A stretch of DNA of 64,000 bases from Basidiobolus meristosporus CBS 931.73 (GCA_002104905.1 MCFE01000504.1:1-64000); one strand, 5' to 3'; counted from the stretch's first letter, positions 1-13,698 are shown. Program-made: numbers and translations. The notes: generated by a model not told the origin, from the sequence alone.

Positions 1-815
1 CCTAATCAGAAGTAGATCACTGATGCTAATTTGACATATCTACATATTTTCTATGGGAAGCTTGTAATTGGATATGTATGGCAATGAATAAAGGTTACTC
101 TATATATTTCAAGTAAATTAGCAGTAGTTGATGAAAGTGTAAACTTACTCTTGGAACAAAGATAGAAACTGTGAGTCCTACTGAGTGTTTGTTTTAAGCT
201 AGATGTTTATAGAAAAATCTTGTTTTGAGGGAAGAGTTGTGACATATCACAAAGCTCAGCAAAAAAAAGACATAACTACCAGAGTGCCAGAGTAGTGGTA
301 GAGTGGCAATGAGGTGATCCAGCACTTAGTAGTAATAAGAGATCCCATTACTCAATGATGCCTTAGATATGCCAACAGGCTGATAGATGCAAGTGAGTTT
401 CTATCATAAGTGAGCAGATTAGAGCTGCAAGCACAATGTTGCAGGTATTTTTCTGTTATGGAGGTTATAAAATAATCCAAAGCATCTGTGCTGGTTTCAA
501 ATCTGCTAGAATCTGCTCTTATTTAGCTACAAGACCTGCTTAAAAGATTACATTGGATTATTGGCGCACATACCAGCCTAAGATCTCAACAAAGACTACA
601 TAATGGTAAGTACATACTATTTTGTTGAGTGTATATTGCAGTCCCTGGTTGCACTGACACAAGATCTTCATTACCAATATTTTAAGAAAGCTGTGTAAGG
701 GACAGAAGATGAACATTATATCCACAAATAAATAAAAGTGTGATTTCTTAATGTCAAGCTAGTTGTAGCTGCTAGGATGAGTACAAATTAACTTTGCATT
801 GAAGCCTAGCTCACC

Positions 816-820
<5 letters not shown>

Positions 821-845
<25 letters not shown>
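821..845. repeat. (AT)n microsatellite
   Basis: Uninterrupted atatat... run of about 25 nt. Confidence 0.95.
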
Positions 846-846
<1 letters not shown>

Positions 847-2376
847 ACTGATGATTGAGGGAACTAAATGCAAAAGAAAGTCTTGATTCAAATGTGAGCA
901 TATTTCTGCAAAATTAACTGATACTTGCCCATTTCAGGCTTTTCCATAGTAGCTGCTGCAGGCTGAAACTATCCAATCTGATGTGCTTACAAATATCCCT
1001 GATGTACATAGACTGATACAGAACAATCTCCTTCACCCATGTGTTATGTTTGGCATTTTATTTGAGAAAATAGTCAATTTCAAAAATCTATGATATTCTG
1101 CCTGCTGACAAGATCTGAAATTTTCTGTTTAGGTACCTTCTGCTCACTTGTAGCTATGATCTGGCTGTTCATATTAAGAGCTAAAATAGTTACTCCCTAA
1201 TAAGCTTTCTTGCATAAATGCTGCAATCTACAGTGCCACAAACCAACCTACTCTCCTCTGAATATGTGTGAATTTTGTTGCACTGCACTCTAGAGGCCTG
1301 CTTAAGCTATACAGTGATTTCTGAGTTCAGACACCTGGTAGGACCTTTGGATCAGTAAAGCTTTGGCTTGTTTCATACGTTTACAGATTTTGCAGATTCC
1401 CATTTGAAAGGGTTTTTTGAAATCTAGTTTGTGCACATCTAGAATGTATAGAGCAGCAAAGCCCAGGAATGACCTAACAGAGCAAAACTTGGCTACCAGA
1501 GCAGATATCTGATAGAGTCTAGTCCCTTGATGGGGGAACAGCCTTAAGCCACTAATCTAGGGTTATATTTTCTAACTATGCCATTTGAGGTTATTGTGAT
1601 CTTGTGAATTTATCTAAATTTTATCATTGTTGTTCTATTTGGTAGCCATACCAGTTCTTAGGTTTGTGCCTCCATCAGTGATTGTTACTACTCCTGCATG
1701 ACCTATTGCCTTAAGGTGGCATCTGTACTATTAATTGCTTACTCCATATTGCAGGATCCAAAACTCAATACCAGATAACTGTCTTTATGTATATCAGATG
1801 CAACTAATGTGTTTTAAGTGCATTTCATATTTTGGTAGATCTCCTTACAGGGATAATCTATGCTGATCTGAAACTAGCAAACTTCTCAGTGATATATATG
1901 CTGCCATTCTCCATAGTTAATATAATACATTTCAATATGATTTCTTGCATTCTTTTTTAGAGTAAAAAATGGCAGTTGAGCTGTAGCCAAGTGGTTTGCT
2001 TGCTCTGTTTAGGTCTTTGGACTGCTGGAATCTCCCTGCATGATCTAGCCATTGTCCTCTCTTCTTACAGTAGTAAAACTATCAAAATTTTAGTTCTATT
2101 ACTTTTACTTCTATGAAGTAAGTAATTATGTGTTGAGCACAGAATTATCTTTGATTACTATGCTCGGTCACTACATCTCAACTTTCTGTGAAGAGGTCTT
2201 CCCTCAAAATTGTCCTAGGGCATTGAGTGTTTGTTGCCTTCATGCCAAACTAGAAGCAGTTGATGCTCATGTGGCCAGCTGCAAAGTAGGCAAAATAACT
2301 CTACTTTATCCTCTACACTAACATTGATAGAGTAAAGTTCTCCAGCATATGACCCCTTGTTATCAAGGAGCTGCAT

Positions 2377-3360
2377 TTTGGTAGGGTAAACATAACTCCC
2401 ACAGACAGGTTAATCCATACAGCTATTTTGCTGCACTTATCCATATTTTATTTTATCAGCATTATTGCATTCTACTTTGCCCATGTTACTAGAATCATGC
2501 CATATGATGTTTACCCTGACTAGTTATTAGCATTAGTAAATCCCAGATGTTTTTCAGCTATGTGATCAGCATGAGTATCTATATCAGGCAAGTACCTGCA
2601 TTAGTAACTGTGGCACATGACATAAGCTTATTTACCATCCCTCTCACTGCAATACAATGAATGGTATCTCTATGTTCCACAGATTTTAGACTACTGAGCC
2701 CTGGTTTGTTGAATGTGCAGTGTCTTTTGGAACCTTTTAGGACCTTCTTGGAGTATTTTAGCTCATTGCAATGTCATCCAGAATTCTACTCATGCCTGGA
2801 ATCTTTTTGAACCTTATTATTAGTAACTGCTTGGTAATCTGGAAAAGTATATAAGGGAAGACAATCCCCCATTGATAAATCATCTGTTCTATTGCCTTGC
2901 CTTGTTGATCCTCACCCAAGTTCTTTCCTGGTCCTGTCTTGCCTAGCTCTACTCTCCTGCCTTGTATATACACAACAGCTTTATCAGACTGCTCTTGACT
3001 TACCTGTGGATCTCTGACTTCTACCCAAAGTTCTTGTGAAGTACTTGTAAAGGAATACCTACTATAAGTATCACCCTGAATCTTTCCCTAGTCTTGTCCT
3101 CTAAAAGCACATATAGTTTATCTTTGTAAAATTATTGGCCAAAGCTGCATTTGGTTTACTAGTCTGCTTGTGTAGTTTATGGTTGTGAAAGTATTGGAGG
3201 CTTTAGTACAATACTCTATCAAAGAACATTGAAGCCAGTACCTTCTAAAGTGATGCTAACTTCTTCAAAGTTGGGGTATGGGCCTCAATAATTGTATTCT
3301 TGACAAACCAGTGGCTTTATAGCCCACATATTAGCTATTAGTATCCAGTATTCTTGAGCA
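2377..3360 (+). repeat. LTR family A, probable 5' LTR of the outer gypsy element (3' end eroded)
   Basis: ggtagggtaaacataactcccacagac matches the terminus of the solo LTR at 13699-14502 (reverse strand). The aagtatataaggga TATA segment and downstream sequence match the copy at 7036-8095. Confidence 0.75.
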
Positions 3361-4028
3361 AGCTCAAGAAGCCTCTCCACCTCCTGCTACCCCAACATCT
3401 CCAGTCCAGAGTACAATTTTGCAAGTGTCATGGCTGTCTTTGCCTATCTGCTACAAGACAATGCAGATCTCAGAAACACTGTTGCCCAGCTTCAGAGCCA
3501 AAATTCTCAACAGCCTATCCATACTCCCTCCTACCATTATCCCAAGTTCACTTCCCCTACCAAGTTCCGTGGCACCAAAGGAGTTCCAAGGTTTCATCAA
3601 CATAGTCAAAAACCGCTTGTTGCTACAACCCAAATGGTTCCCAACAGGTCAAGCAAAAGTTGGATATATCTCTAACCTGCTCACTGAAACTGCCTTGGTA
3701 TGGTTCTCCCTTGTGGTGGAAAACATCCCCCCTCTACTCCATAACTACCATGCCTTCCTCACAAAAAATGGGGCTAACATTTAGCAACATTGACCAAGCC
3801 AGAACTGCTGCCAACAAGATCAAGAGCTTGGAGCAAGGAGCCAGACCTGCATTGGTGTATGCTTCTGAATACCAGCTACTAGCCAGTGATTTGAGCCTTT
3901 GGGGTGATGCCACCCTAATTAGTCAGTTTCAAGATGGACTCAATGATAAAGTTAGTTGCCTACCACTCACACTGCCTGACCCAACTACCTTGGGTGAAGC
4001 AATATATCAAGCAATCCAATGTGAAACT

Positions 4029-5010
4029 TACTTTTATAGTAACCTTTCCTTATTTGGAAGTCACTTTCCTTTCTGAGAAAGTATTTCCTAATATGAAAAT
4101 TCTGTACTCCCCTTTAACCAAAAGGGGTGTGTTGTAGAAGTCTCTAAAGGGGTCTTTAGACCTACATTGGTGTCTTTAGAGTAAAGGGGCTTCTTGTAGT
4201 GGTCTTTAAGGTGGACTTTACACTAAAGGGGTGCCTACAGGGACTTCTTTAGCGTAAAAGGGCTTCTCAAACTGGTATCTAAAGGAGTCTTTAGACTAAA
4301 GGGGTGTCTTTAGAGTAAAGGGATTTCTAGAGGGGACTTTTCCAACAGAAAAGCAATTGTTTCTTGTAGAACTTAGATTGGATTCTGGTGAGCTTTGCAG
4401 TCTCTTTACTGATGTAGTACCAGTCAAAATGTGAATACTCAACAGTGCAAGTGATGCAGGGGAAGTCTTATAACCTTTAAACTTGTAATTGTAGTGTGGA
4501 GATTCTGGAAAAAGAGGCTCTCCTTTATGTTTCAGCTGGGGAAGTCATATATATGAAAATTCTGAAGGATCAAAGTTTTTGGATGATTGCGCAAGCAATA
4601 CATGTGATAAAAACTAAATTTTGCACATGACGCAGATCAAACATAGGCGCATCACCTGTCAAAATATCATGTGATTTGATTGGCTAGTTCAGAAGTAACA
4701 CGCAATCAAAGTCACCATAGTAATCATAGCAATAAGGCGTAGTATATATAATAATTGGACTCTTTTGGCCATAACTCCTTAAGTACTGCTTCAAATGAGC
4801 TGTAACTTGAATCATGTGTTGGCTACTATGCATTCTGTATGACATAATATTCCTGGGTGAGTTGCATGTCAGGGTCTGGAGCATTTGCTCTTCAAAGTTG
4901 CAAATTCTTGATCTTTCACCTGTGTGTAACAATAGCAAAAGCAAAATAAAGAAATGAGTGCAATATTGGTTTAGAGATATTGTAGTAATGGAATACTTTC
5001 CATTACCACA
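4029..5010 (-). repeat. LTR family B copy (3' end deleted), inserted into a MITE
   Basis: Reverse complement of 20247 to about 21200. Terminus ccattaccaca at 5010 is followed by gctc and MITE sequence. Confidence 0.85.
4090..4345. repeat. Array of short palindromic units (CTTTAGNCTAAAG-like) inside LTR-B
   Basis: Repeated ctttagactaaag, ctttagagtaaag and ctttacactaaag separated by gggg/gtgt linkers. Confidence 0.85.
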
Positions 5011-5466
5011 GCTCCTGAGGCTTGTATCACATCACAAAAATGCATGGCACTATTTTGCTCCACTGGTACTATCTGGCACTACAAGTACTTTATATAGGTC
5101 TTACTTTGAGGCTAATATTTAAATATAGTGCCTGATAGTACCAGTGGACCAAGATAGTGCCATGCATTTTTGTGACATGATACAAGCCAGAAGAGCTAGA
5201 TTCAGAGTGCCATGGGTATTGAGTACCAGATGCATGTCTTCAATCCTTTTGTGCTCTTACACATCCGGCAAACATTGATCCAAATAACAGGTCAAAAAAT
5301 TGATTTTCTCCAGCAAAATGGGTGAAGTACAGATGGCTTTGCATGAAGATGCAGAGCTATGTTTCACACCCTGAGACCAAGTGTAGGCTCATTTGGACTC
5401 CTTAACACACTATGGCATCATTTGGCACTCATGGCTCCATGTGGCACTATCCAGCAGAACAAGTCT
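5011..5466. mobile_element. Truncated fold-back MITE (loop plus right arm)
   Basis: Ends gtggcactatccagcagaacaagtct like the copies at 18173 and 28043; contains the same central loop; followed by act. Confidence 0.85.
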
Positions 5467-6249
5467 ACTGGCCAACCTCCTTCCCTGTAATCCAGTCACC
5501 CAGTACTAAGCCCAAAGATCCTATGCAAATTGACAGTGCCAAATACAAGACACTAAAAAAAGAAGAAAGATCCAGATGTCAACAGGCAAACTTCTGCCCT
5601 TACTGTGGCCAACAAGGCCACTTGGCCAAGTCTTGTCCCCACAAGAAGTCCAGCTACAAGCTCCTAAAATTATCCAGTGAGCAGCCTTCTCCAGAGTTGT
5701 TTGGAAACTCCAGTGTCCAGTTATATGACAGGCTTGCAACTGGACTCTCCAATGAAACGTCAATACATTCAAGAAACATCATATGCTACCAAGTTCATCC
5801 AGCCCTTGAGAATGCCTGTCAACATTCATATTGCTGAATCCAGTCCTGTCTGTGTCATGCCCTCATAGATTTTGGTGCTTCCTCCTGTTTCACCCTATGA
5901 AAAATAATTTGGTCCTGTGGGTGGATCCAATCTGGAACATCTGTCAAGATCCTGTTTAGAGACCGTCATAATAACAGCAGCTTGGAATAAGTGACCCTCC
6001 TGACAGTCTTATAACAAGATCATGATGGTGTGTTGCAAATTTTACAGCCAAATAAAGGGATAAATCTTGATGATTTTTGATTGGTGCTGTCACAATATTT
6101 GCATGGTATTGTTGCGGTGTTTCAGCACTCTATTACTATTTTAAGTGGATCCAGTTGGCCAGGACTTCCAACTGTCTTATATGGCAAGAAACTTGACGGT
6201 ACTTTGACAGCCTCACAGCAAGACTCTGATGGCTTTTTCTTGGCAGTAT

Positions 6250-9200
6250 GATGGCCTGCTGCTGGTTCTGTATAGTGCTATTGTACCAATTTACCAAATG
6301 GTATTTCCTTTTTCTACCTCCCCTTGTACAATTCATATATTCCACTGTAGAGTCACCTTTCTTTATTTGCTTACCCACTACTACCTTGGGTATTGCACAC
6401 ATAGTTCAAATCAAAAAAAACTATGGCCTCCTGCTTACTAACCTCTACAAACACACACACCTGCTGCAATTGACATACTTCTATCACCTCAACTTTACAG
6501 CTTTTTAGTGTTATACTTGCAAAGTTTCCATATACTTTGTACTGCTGGTAGCATATACAACTTGCAAAAATATGCTTGGTTGTTGCTACTTCTGCCATGA
6601 ATACCTCCTGAATATTGGTAAAGAACTTCTTGATATTTAGCCAATATATTCCTTCTCCCTGCTGGATTCTAGTCCATTGGCTTTTGTTTGTGTGAATTCC
6701 ATATTGAATGGTGTAGAAGTTGGCTTGTGACCACAAGAAATCCGGCATATCTTGGTGGAGCTTTCCTGATAAAAATTAGTTGCCTGTGGCACCCAACCCA
6801 ACTTGGTATTACTTAACTGATTACCCATGCATTGGGGCTGCTTAGCTTCTTAATGCCATAGGTGTAGGTGTCTCCATGTGCACATTTGTCCTCAGCATTT
6901 TCCCACTCTTTCTGGCTGTCCTTGATGTGCCAACTCATCACATCCATGACAGACTTGAAGGTAATATTCTTGATGAGATTGGGATATGGTAGTACCTGCA
7001 ACTTGACTTGTCTTCCTATCTCCCCACACATCCGCTGTAGTGGGGTGACAGTGACACCCACTGACAGATGTGCTCATTCCCTTATTTTCTACTTCCCTAT
7101 ATCTCTACTGCACTTATTTTAGTTTTATCCCATTTGTCTTACCCAATCAGTACTATCCCATAAGCCGGTTGACTATCACACCTGCTTACCTTATTGCATA
7201 AGTTACCCCTCACTTTATGTAAGATTACTAGCTATAAGTGCTTCTATATTAGGCAAGTACCCGCGCCAGTACCCGTGACACATGACCTACCCGTGTTACC
7301 ATCCCTAGCATTTCCATACCATATATGGTATCCCCATGTTACAAAGGTTTCAGAATACTGATTCCGGATTGGTTGGATGTGCTGTGCCTTTTAGAACCTT
7401 CTGGCACCTACTTAGAACATTCTGATGTCATTAAGATTTCTATTGATATCCGGAACCTTCTGGAACACCATGATTAGTAATCACTTAGCCAGTGAGAAAA
7501 GTATATAAGGGAGGCTATCCCTCTACAATAAATCATCATCCCTTTTATCAATATACCAACTTGTTGATTAGTGTGATTGCTGCTACCTGCTGCTACCTGA
7601 ACTTCCAACCCCAGACCACAGGACACTCCCAGGAAACCACGCTGACAGCCAACTGACCTTGGAGGCACTACTTGTGAGGAATACTCAGAGTAGGTATCTT
7701 TTATTATATTTGATTCTTTCCCAAGTTTGTTCTTGTACAGGCAAAGATACTTCTCTGTCTTTGTAACTATTGACCACAGCTGCATTCTTATCAAGTCCCT
7801 GCTGGTGGAGTTTACAGTTGTTTTGACTTTGGAAGCTTTAGTACATTGTCATCTCAAAGGATGCTGAACCCAGCACATACTTTTGTTAAGACGCCAACTA
7901 AGTTGGGGATTGTAGCTCAATAGTTTTCCCTTGACAAGCTTGTGGCTTTATTTCCCTTCACATTAGATTAGAGACAGAACCCAAGTATTCCTAGCAAGCT
8001 TTTGCCAGAGGTTATTGCACCCAGTGAACACCCCACACACAAAACACTTGAGAAGTGTTGGACGTATCTCTCCCTTGGACCAATACACCACCACATTGCT
8101 CCATAGGAAACTCCCAAAAGATGAAGCAAGGCCCAATATTCTCCACACACCATGCAAGATGGAGTAGAGAAAGGATACAGTAGCGGCAGACATCTATGCG
8201 TTCAGCTTTATGTTTGTAGTATAGCCACTCAAATCCTGTCACAAACTACTCACACAACAGTAGTAGATGCGTCAAGTTGGCATTGGTGATCCACTTCTGG
8301 ATAAATATTCCTACAATGTCCACATATGACTCCCAATGCTTCCAATGTACTCTTGGTAGGAATGGCTTCAGAACACCACTTTAATAAATACATATCCAGT
8401 TTATCCAGTCTTTGCATTTGTATTGTTGCATATGCATATAAATATTAATTGGAGCCTGTAAGAAGTACTTAGGGTAGCAGATACTCTGTAATATCTTGCC
8501 AATTTTTTTCAAATTTCTCTGGTATCTCAAAGTGCTCATTTAGCTTGAAATGCCCCATGTACAACTTGGTCATCAGTATTGGGATATTACTGAAAAGCAA
8601 ATGCATTGTTCCCAGTGGAAAGCTTTTGCTCCTACAGATACCCTCTATCTTAAGTATCTCTGGTTTCTGATTGATTCCATATTCCAGCTAATGGTTTATA
8701 GCTTGCCAACTTTGCTGCAATTGCATGCCAACTGCTGTATGTTCTCTTTGTGGAAAGATGATGTTCTTAGTGCTGGTGTTTTGGTAATAATAATGAGTGT
8801 GAGTTATGGAGTAAACCCCATGGATCTCACACATTTGACAGTGACACTGTCCATTGTGCCTGGAAAAACCTGCTATCTTGCTGATGGCTGGGGTATCTCC
8901 AATGCAGATAATAATATGCGCTTTTACATGATGGCCATTTACTGTTACCCCACTGGAAAGCATACAAAATCCATCCAGCAATGGATACAGGTAGCTATCC
9001 AGGTTGGATGGTGATTTAGGCCCAGATACCAGTGAGACTACCATTAGATTATTGCTCTGATACTGCAAGATGGATGGCAGATTCAGATTAATGAGAATCA
9101 GTGGCCAGCAGGATTTACTGGTAGAGCACTTGTTAGATGAGAATCCATCAAGTGCTAAAGCAAATGCATGCTCATGCACACCTTCAAAGTAGTCCTTGCT

Positions 9201-10110
9201 TCTTGGCTGTTTGTAATGTTTGCCATCAAATATATCAGATATGTTTACACTTGACTGATACTGAGTGCAGTACTGTATAGCTTTGCAATATTTGTTGGAC
9301 TGCAGCAGCTTCCTTAGACAGGGTATGACCTGAATATATCCGGAGTTTGAGCAATGTTTTCCCTCAATGGTGGTGGATTCCTGACAATTTGGACATGTTG
9401 CAATGGTAGCATTTTTGGATGTGAATGCCATGCAACTGTTAACACATGCTGGAATCAGGACAGTCTCTGGATCATATGTTGCCAGCCGCATGATGGTTGT
9501 CTACTTGTACTATGTACATGGTAAGTTGCATCCCGGTATGATTTTGCAAGAAGTAGTAATAAATCCTCAAAGCCCCCATTACTCATATTAGTGGAAATGT
9601 GCCACTACTCTAGCCACAACATTGCATCATTCACCAGTAGATGGATTACTGGGCTCACTTGGCTCCATAAAGTATCTTTGACATTTGTTTCAATGAGTGT
9701 TGTCTCATTGCATATAGGGATCTGACCGGGCTCATACATGGTACTGCTGTTAAGGGAGATAGGCTCAAATCCATCAGTGAACCTTCTTTGTCAGCGCTAT
9801 CACTCTGCGTGCCATATTCAGAAGGCTGAGGTGAGCCTAAAGGTGTCACAAACTCATATGCCTCAGATTGCTCAAGGTGACAAAGATGGCCAGGTGCCAA
9901 TATAGAAGTATCAACTGGCTGGCAAGATAATGTTGGAACAGTAGTGACCAATGAATGGTCAAATATGACTTGGGTGGCAAAACACTGGCCATGATCCATG
10001 TTATACTTCCTAAGCTGTCTGCGTGCTTCATGACTGAGAGGCTTGCCACGATAGCCACATGGTCTTTTTTCTCTCCTCTTACGGCGTTGAATCAAAGTAG
10101 TCTTGTCCAT
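6250..10110 (-). pseudogene. Tnp2/Transposase_21-type CACTA transposase, disrupted by stops, frameshifts and a solo LTR
   Basis: CVNSCMAF..CPNC, SDIFDGKHY, LALDGF, SCWPLILINLNLP, GPKSPSNLDSYLYPL, GDTPAISKIAGF..HNGQCHCQMCEI. 3' limit approximate. Confidence 0.85.
7036..8095 (+). repeat. Solo LTR family A
   Basis: TG...CA termini (tgtagtgggg...acaccaccaca), TATA and aataaa inside. Flanks ccgc/ttgc. Removal rejoins CACTA sequence acacatccgc|tccatagg, seen uninterrupted near 29260. Confidence 0.85.
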
Positions 10111-10332
10111 GGGGCAAACAGTTTGACCTTCAACAATGTAACTCTATTATATCACTTTTTGGTCAATACTCATGTGAGCTTAAGACAGTCTTGTATTTGA
10201 GACATTGCACCTACATGAATGTAAGATTCAATGATGACCCACTATAGTAAGCAGTATAGGTAAAGTTGTGGCACCACATATACATGTATATGTAACATTA
10301 TTTCCCCTTTGGCTTGACTCACTTCCATATAT

Positions 10333-11780
10333 ATGCCGCCAAAAAATAAAGCAAAGTTGTCTGGTTCTCAACCAAACCCCACCACTGACAGCAACAGAAG
10401 AATAGTTGGACAACAGCTTTCTTTGACATTCAGTGCAACAAGCAGGGCTACATCCAAAAAAGCCCTGTGAGCAGTGTGCCCATTGAAGGTTATAATGCAG
10501 ACTCCTCAGGCTCTCAGTCAAGTAGGCAACTGAGAGCCTCTGTGGAGCCACAAGCTGACTGTTATGCTCAGACAGATCAAAATGTAGCAAACGCAGTACC
10601 CTCTGTTGAAGATCAGCAAGTGGCCATGATAACATCACCACCACCCATATTAGCAAGTATGTTTTCAGCTCATACCAAAGCATTAATTAAGCAATTAGGT
10701 GCAATGGCTGATAGGATAGACGCAATGGCCCAGAGAAATCAGGAAGTAGTCCAGAAACAGGATGAGTGGATAATACATGTAGAGCAATCAATATCCCAGG
10801 TTGAGCAAGCAGTATCTTTGCTGCAAAGAAGGAATTGAAGTAGCTCAATGTCACAGCCAAGAAGTGAGCCATTTCCCAATGTAACAGCAGAGGAACACCA
10901 TACAGTCTTTGAAGCACAACAACAGTGCCCAAAGATAAAGCCCACAGAAAAGCCTATCACAGCATGGGAGGGAGACAATGCGCTGTTTATACCAAAGCCT
11001 AAAAATCAAAAGACATTCAAGATCCATGAAGCTGTTGAGTGCAATAATGAAGAGTGGGCTAATATACAAGAGGCCATCAGATGTCTAGCACACCATCATC
11101 TTAAGGCTGGCATACCATGGGACCATCAGGAACTCAAAGCCAAGCAGAATGCACTTGACCTGTTCAATGAGCATTATCCTGGATTCAAACAGGCAAATGG
11201 ATTTTGGGCCAGCATTGGTATGCTGAGAAAGTATCTTAAAAATAGCAGAAACTATGTAAGGCAGAAGAACAATGATGCCATGGCTAAGAACCAACGGCTT
11301 CCTCAAGAGCCTGTTACATGCAGGGCCAAAAGCTCCAGACAAGCGTCAAAGAGATGTCAGGCAGCTGGAAGAGTGCCAATTAAGGACAAGCAGGCATACA
11401 TGGATGCACCAGCACAACATATATCAAGGAAAAAGCATACTGCCACTGAAGAAGCACCCAGTCAAAGTAGCAGTGAAAGACCTGGCAGTGATAAAAACCA
11501 GCCGCTTTTACAGGAGCCCATTACAACTATGGTTGAGAGCTCAAAACAAGCTGAAAAGAAACGTCAGGTTGCCAGAAGAGTGCCAGCAAGGGAAAGCAGG
11601 CCAAAACAGATGCGTCAGAGAAGAATTAATCCAGGAGAAAATGTAGTTCTTTACAAGAGGCACTCAGACAAATTAGCAGTGAAAGACCTGGCAGTGATAG
11701 AGGAAAAGGTAAAGGGAGTAATGTCTACCAAGCCTGAGACAGGGAGGCATGCAAAAAAAACTGCAGTTCTTGCCAATTAA
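10333..11780 (+). pseudogene. CACTA ORF2 (accessory protein), one frameshift and one in-frame stop
   Basis: ORFs 10467-10838 and 10848-11780 are in the same frame, separated by TGA. Lies inside the element, divergent from the transposase. Helical core WANIQEAIR...WDHQELKAK...F...YPGFK...W..IGMLRKYLKN, then a basic low-complexity tail with a ~205-bp internal duplication. Confidence 0.65.
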
Positions 11781-12763
11781 CGCCACAAGACAGGGACAGA
11801 CTGAATCCCATCATAGCCAAGTAGAATTACCAACAAGAAAACGGCTGTTCTCACAAGAGTTGGAAGCGCAGCCAGTTGAGCTACACTCCAGTAAGGTAGA
11901 TGAGTTTACTGAATAAGGCAATTTGTCTACCACAGCCTCCACAGCATCCATTGTTGACAGTGTGGAGATCCCACTGACAGACAGGGCCACAGTGTCAAGA
12001 GCTCAAAAGACTATCACAATCCCTTCAGTGGAGTTTTGGAACATTAATAGGCACACCAAGTGGTTGCAGCACTGCTTCATGAGTAGTATTCAAGAAAATG
12101 TACTGGAACATTGTAAGGATTTATTGTAAAGACTGGCAGACGAGGAGCTAGGCCTTGCAGTGCTGGCTGAAGACCAGGATATGTGGGAACCAGTGAATGA
12201 GCAGTGGCATTAAGCTGTTGGGTTCCTGCCAAAGTTGTGGAACCAGAGCATTACAGCAGAAATACTTATTGAGTGGTGGATTTTAATGGAGTTACTTGTT
12301 GAGTGTGGGGTTGAGCTTAATGTTAGTGTAGGGTATAGAGACTTGTATAGGTCAATACAATTGGCAATTGAGGTACAACTGAAGTTTCAACAGGAATAAA
12401 TCAATTTGTATGCATGAAAAGTAAGAGAAATGGTTGAGTCAGGAAGTAAGGAGTGTGAAACAGAGGCAATAGCCAATCAACTCACACAAATGTAGGAGGC
12501 AATAGAGTGTCTGGGATCAGAAAGTGAGCAAATTGGCAGGAAACCAATCAAAAGCCACTTATACATTGTTGTGATGAAATAGACTTGTTCCGTTGGATAG
12601 TGCCACATAGTGCCAGCCTGTTTATGGTGCCGGATCAATCTGGCACTCTATGGCACCATCTGGCACTATAATTTCTACCATGATGTCAGTGGTATGATAC
12701 AGTTACTGGTAATTTTACTCAATCTTACTTATGTTGCTCAGAATAGTGCTTTCCTTGCTTTAT

Positions 12764-13648
12764 TTACTCTTCATAATGCTCCAGACACATTTCTCTCAGT
12801 GGATGTCTTCTTGTATGAACATACTGTGCATTAATAAGTATCTTAACTATTTTACCTATTCTGATGTTTTCTCCTATATAAGACTTTCCTCTGTATTTAC
12901 CTGCCAATATGCTGAATCTCTTCAGATATCCAAATGTGTGCTCTACCCTTACTCTGAAATGATTAAATATCTCATTGTAGAGCTTCTGCTTCCTGCTAAG
13001 CACACCATTTCTTGGCTTCCTATAAGCTGTAATACATCCTAATCTCTGACAATCCTCTCCTATATAGGCTAAGTCTGCCATACATTTCTCCCCTCTACTG
13101 AATTCAGGATGATTCTCTACCCAGAGTGCTTTGTCATGCCTACTTCCAGCAAATGGCCCACTAAACCAGATGATGTTACCCTCAATGTCAGACAGTGCTT
13201 GAAACTTCACACAGTGTGCCTTGTACTTGCCAGAATAAAAGTGCCTCTGCCCTCTAGAAGGTCTGTTAATCCTCACTGGGAAGGTATCCAAAATACTCCT
13301 GATATGGAACCTGTTGCTGAACACTCTGGGATGTGGAAGTCTATTGGAGCTTCTGAACATAGTATTCCAAGCTTGCTGTAAGTCATTCATACCCTCTGCA
13401 AGGTGGTTCTCCATTGCTGTCAGCTGGGAATGAAAGCTTCTAGGACTTTTGTTGCCATGGATGGTGGGATGAAACCTTGTAGGGCAATAGTTCTTGTAAT
13501 AGCAGAGAAGCTTAACAAGGGATCTCCTTGGGTAGATTGGGGTTGATGGTCCAGAGTACCTGGAGTATATCTCCTCTAGTGTGTCAAAAGGAAATCCAGT
13601 GGTAGTGATGGGATTGATGAGAAAAGACCATTCAGATGAATAAGTCAT
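12764..13648 (-). CDS. DDE_Tnp_4 (HARBI1-like) transposase, open frame of about 294 aa
   Basis: SILDTFPVRINRP..Q..FYSGKYKAHCVKFQ, GPFAGSRHD, CMADLAYIG, YN..F...RVRVEHTFGYLKRF; catalytic D, D and E present; ATG at 13648. Confidence 0.9.
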   Translation of the reverse strand: MTYSSEWSFLINPITTTGFPFDTLEEIYSRYSGPSTPIYPRRSLVKLLCYYKNYCPTRFHPTIHGNKSPRSFHSQLTAMENHLAEGMNDLQQAWNTMFRSSNRLPHPRVFSNRFHIRSILDTFPVRINRPSRGQRHFYSGKYKAHCVKFQALSDIEGNIIWFSGPFAGSRHDKALWVENHPEFSRGEKCMADLAYIGEDCQRLGCITAYRKPRNGVLSRKQKLYNEIFNHFRVRVEHTFGYLKRFSILAGKYRGKSYIGENIRIGKIVKILINAQYVHTRRHPLREMCLEHYEE

Positions 13649-13698
13649 ATTAAAATTGATAGATGATTGTATAAAGGCGGTTTGAATCAATTCGGCGC

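Larger units (their letters stand above)
3430..5890 (+). pseudogene. Gypsy gag (retrotransposon gag domain plus CCHC knuckle) and start of protease, frameshifted and interrupted at 4029-5466
   Basis: KFTSPTKFRG, AKVGYISNLLTETALVWF, YASEYQLLASDL..WGDATLISQFQDGL, PMQID, CX2CX4HX4C. Confidence 0.85.

Noticed and set aside
1-2376. CpG-poor sequence likely to be old repeat
   Set aside because: No motif, terminus or second copy recognised, so no call made
2400-3350. Possible antisense ORF conserved between 3050-3350 and 7700-7950
   Set aside because: The similarity is explained by both being LTR-A copies; all frames are stop-ridden
4090-4345. Palindromic repeat array as a CRISPR
   Set aside because: No unique spacers of constant length, no cas genes, and it lies inside an LTR present twice in a eukaryotic context
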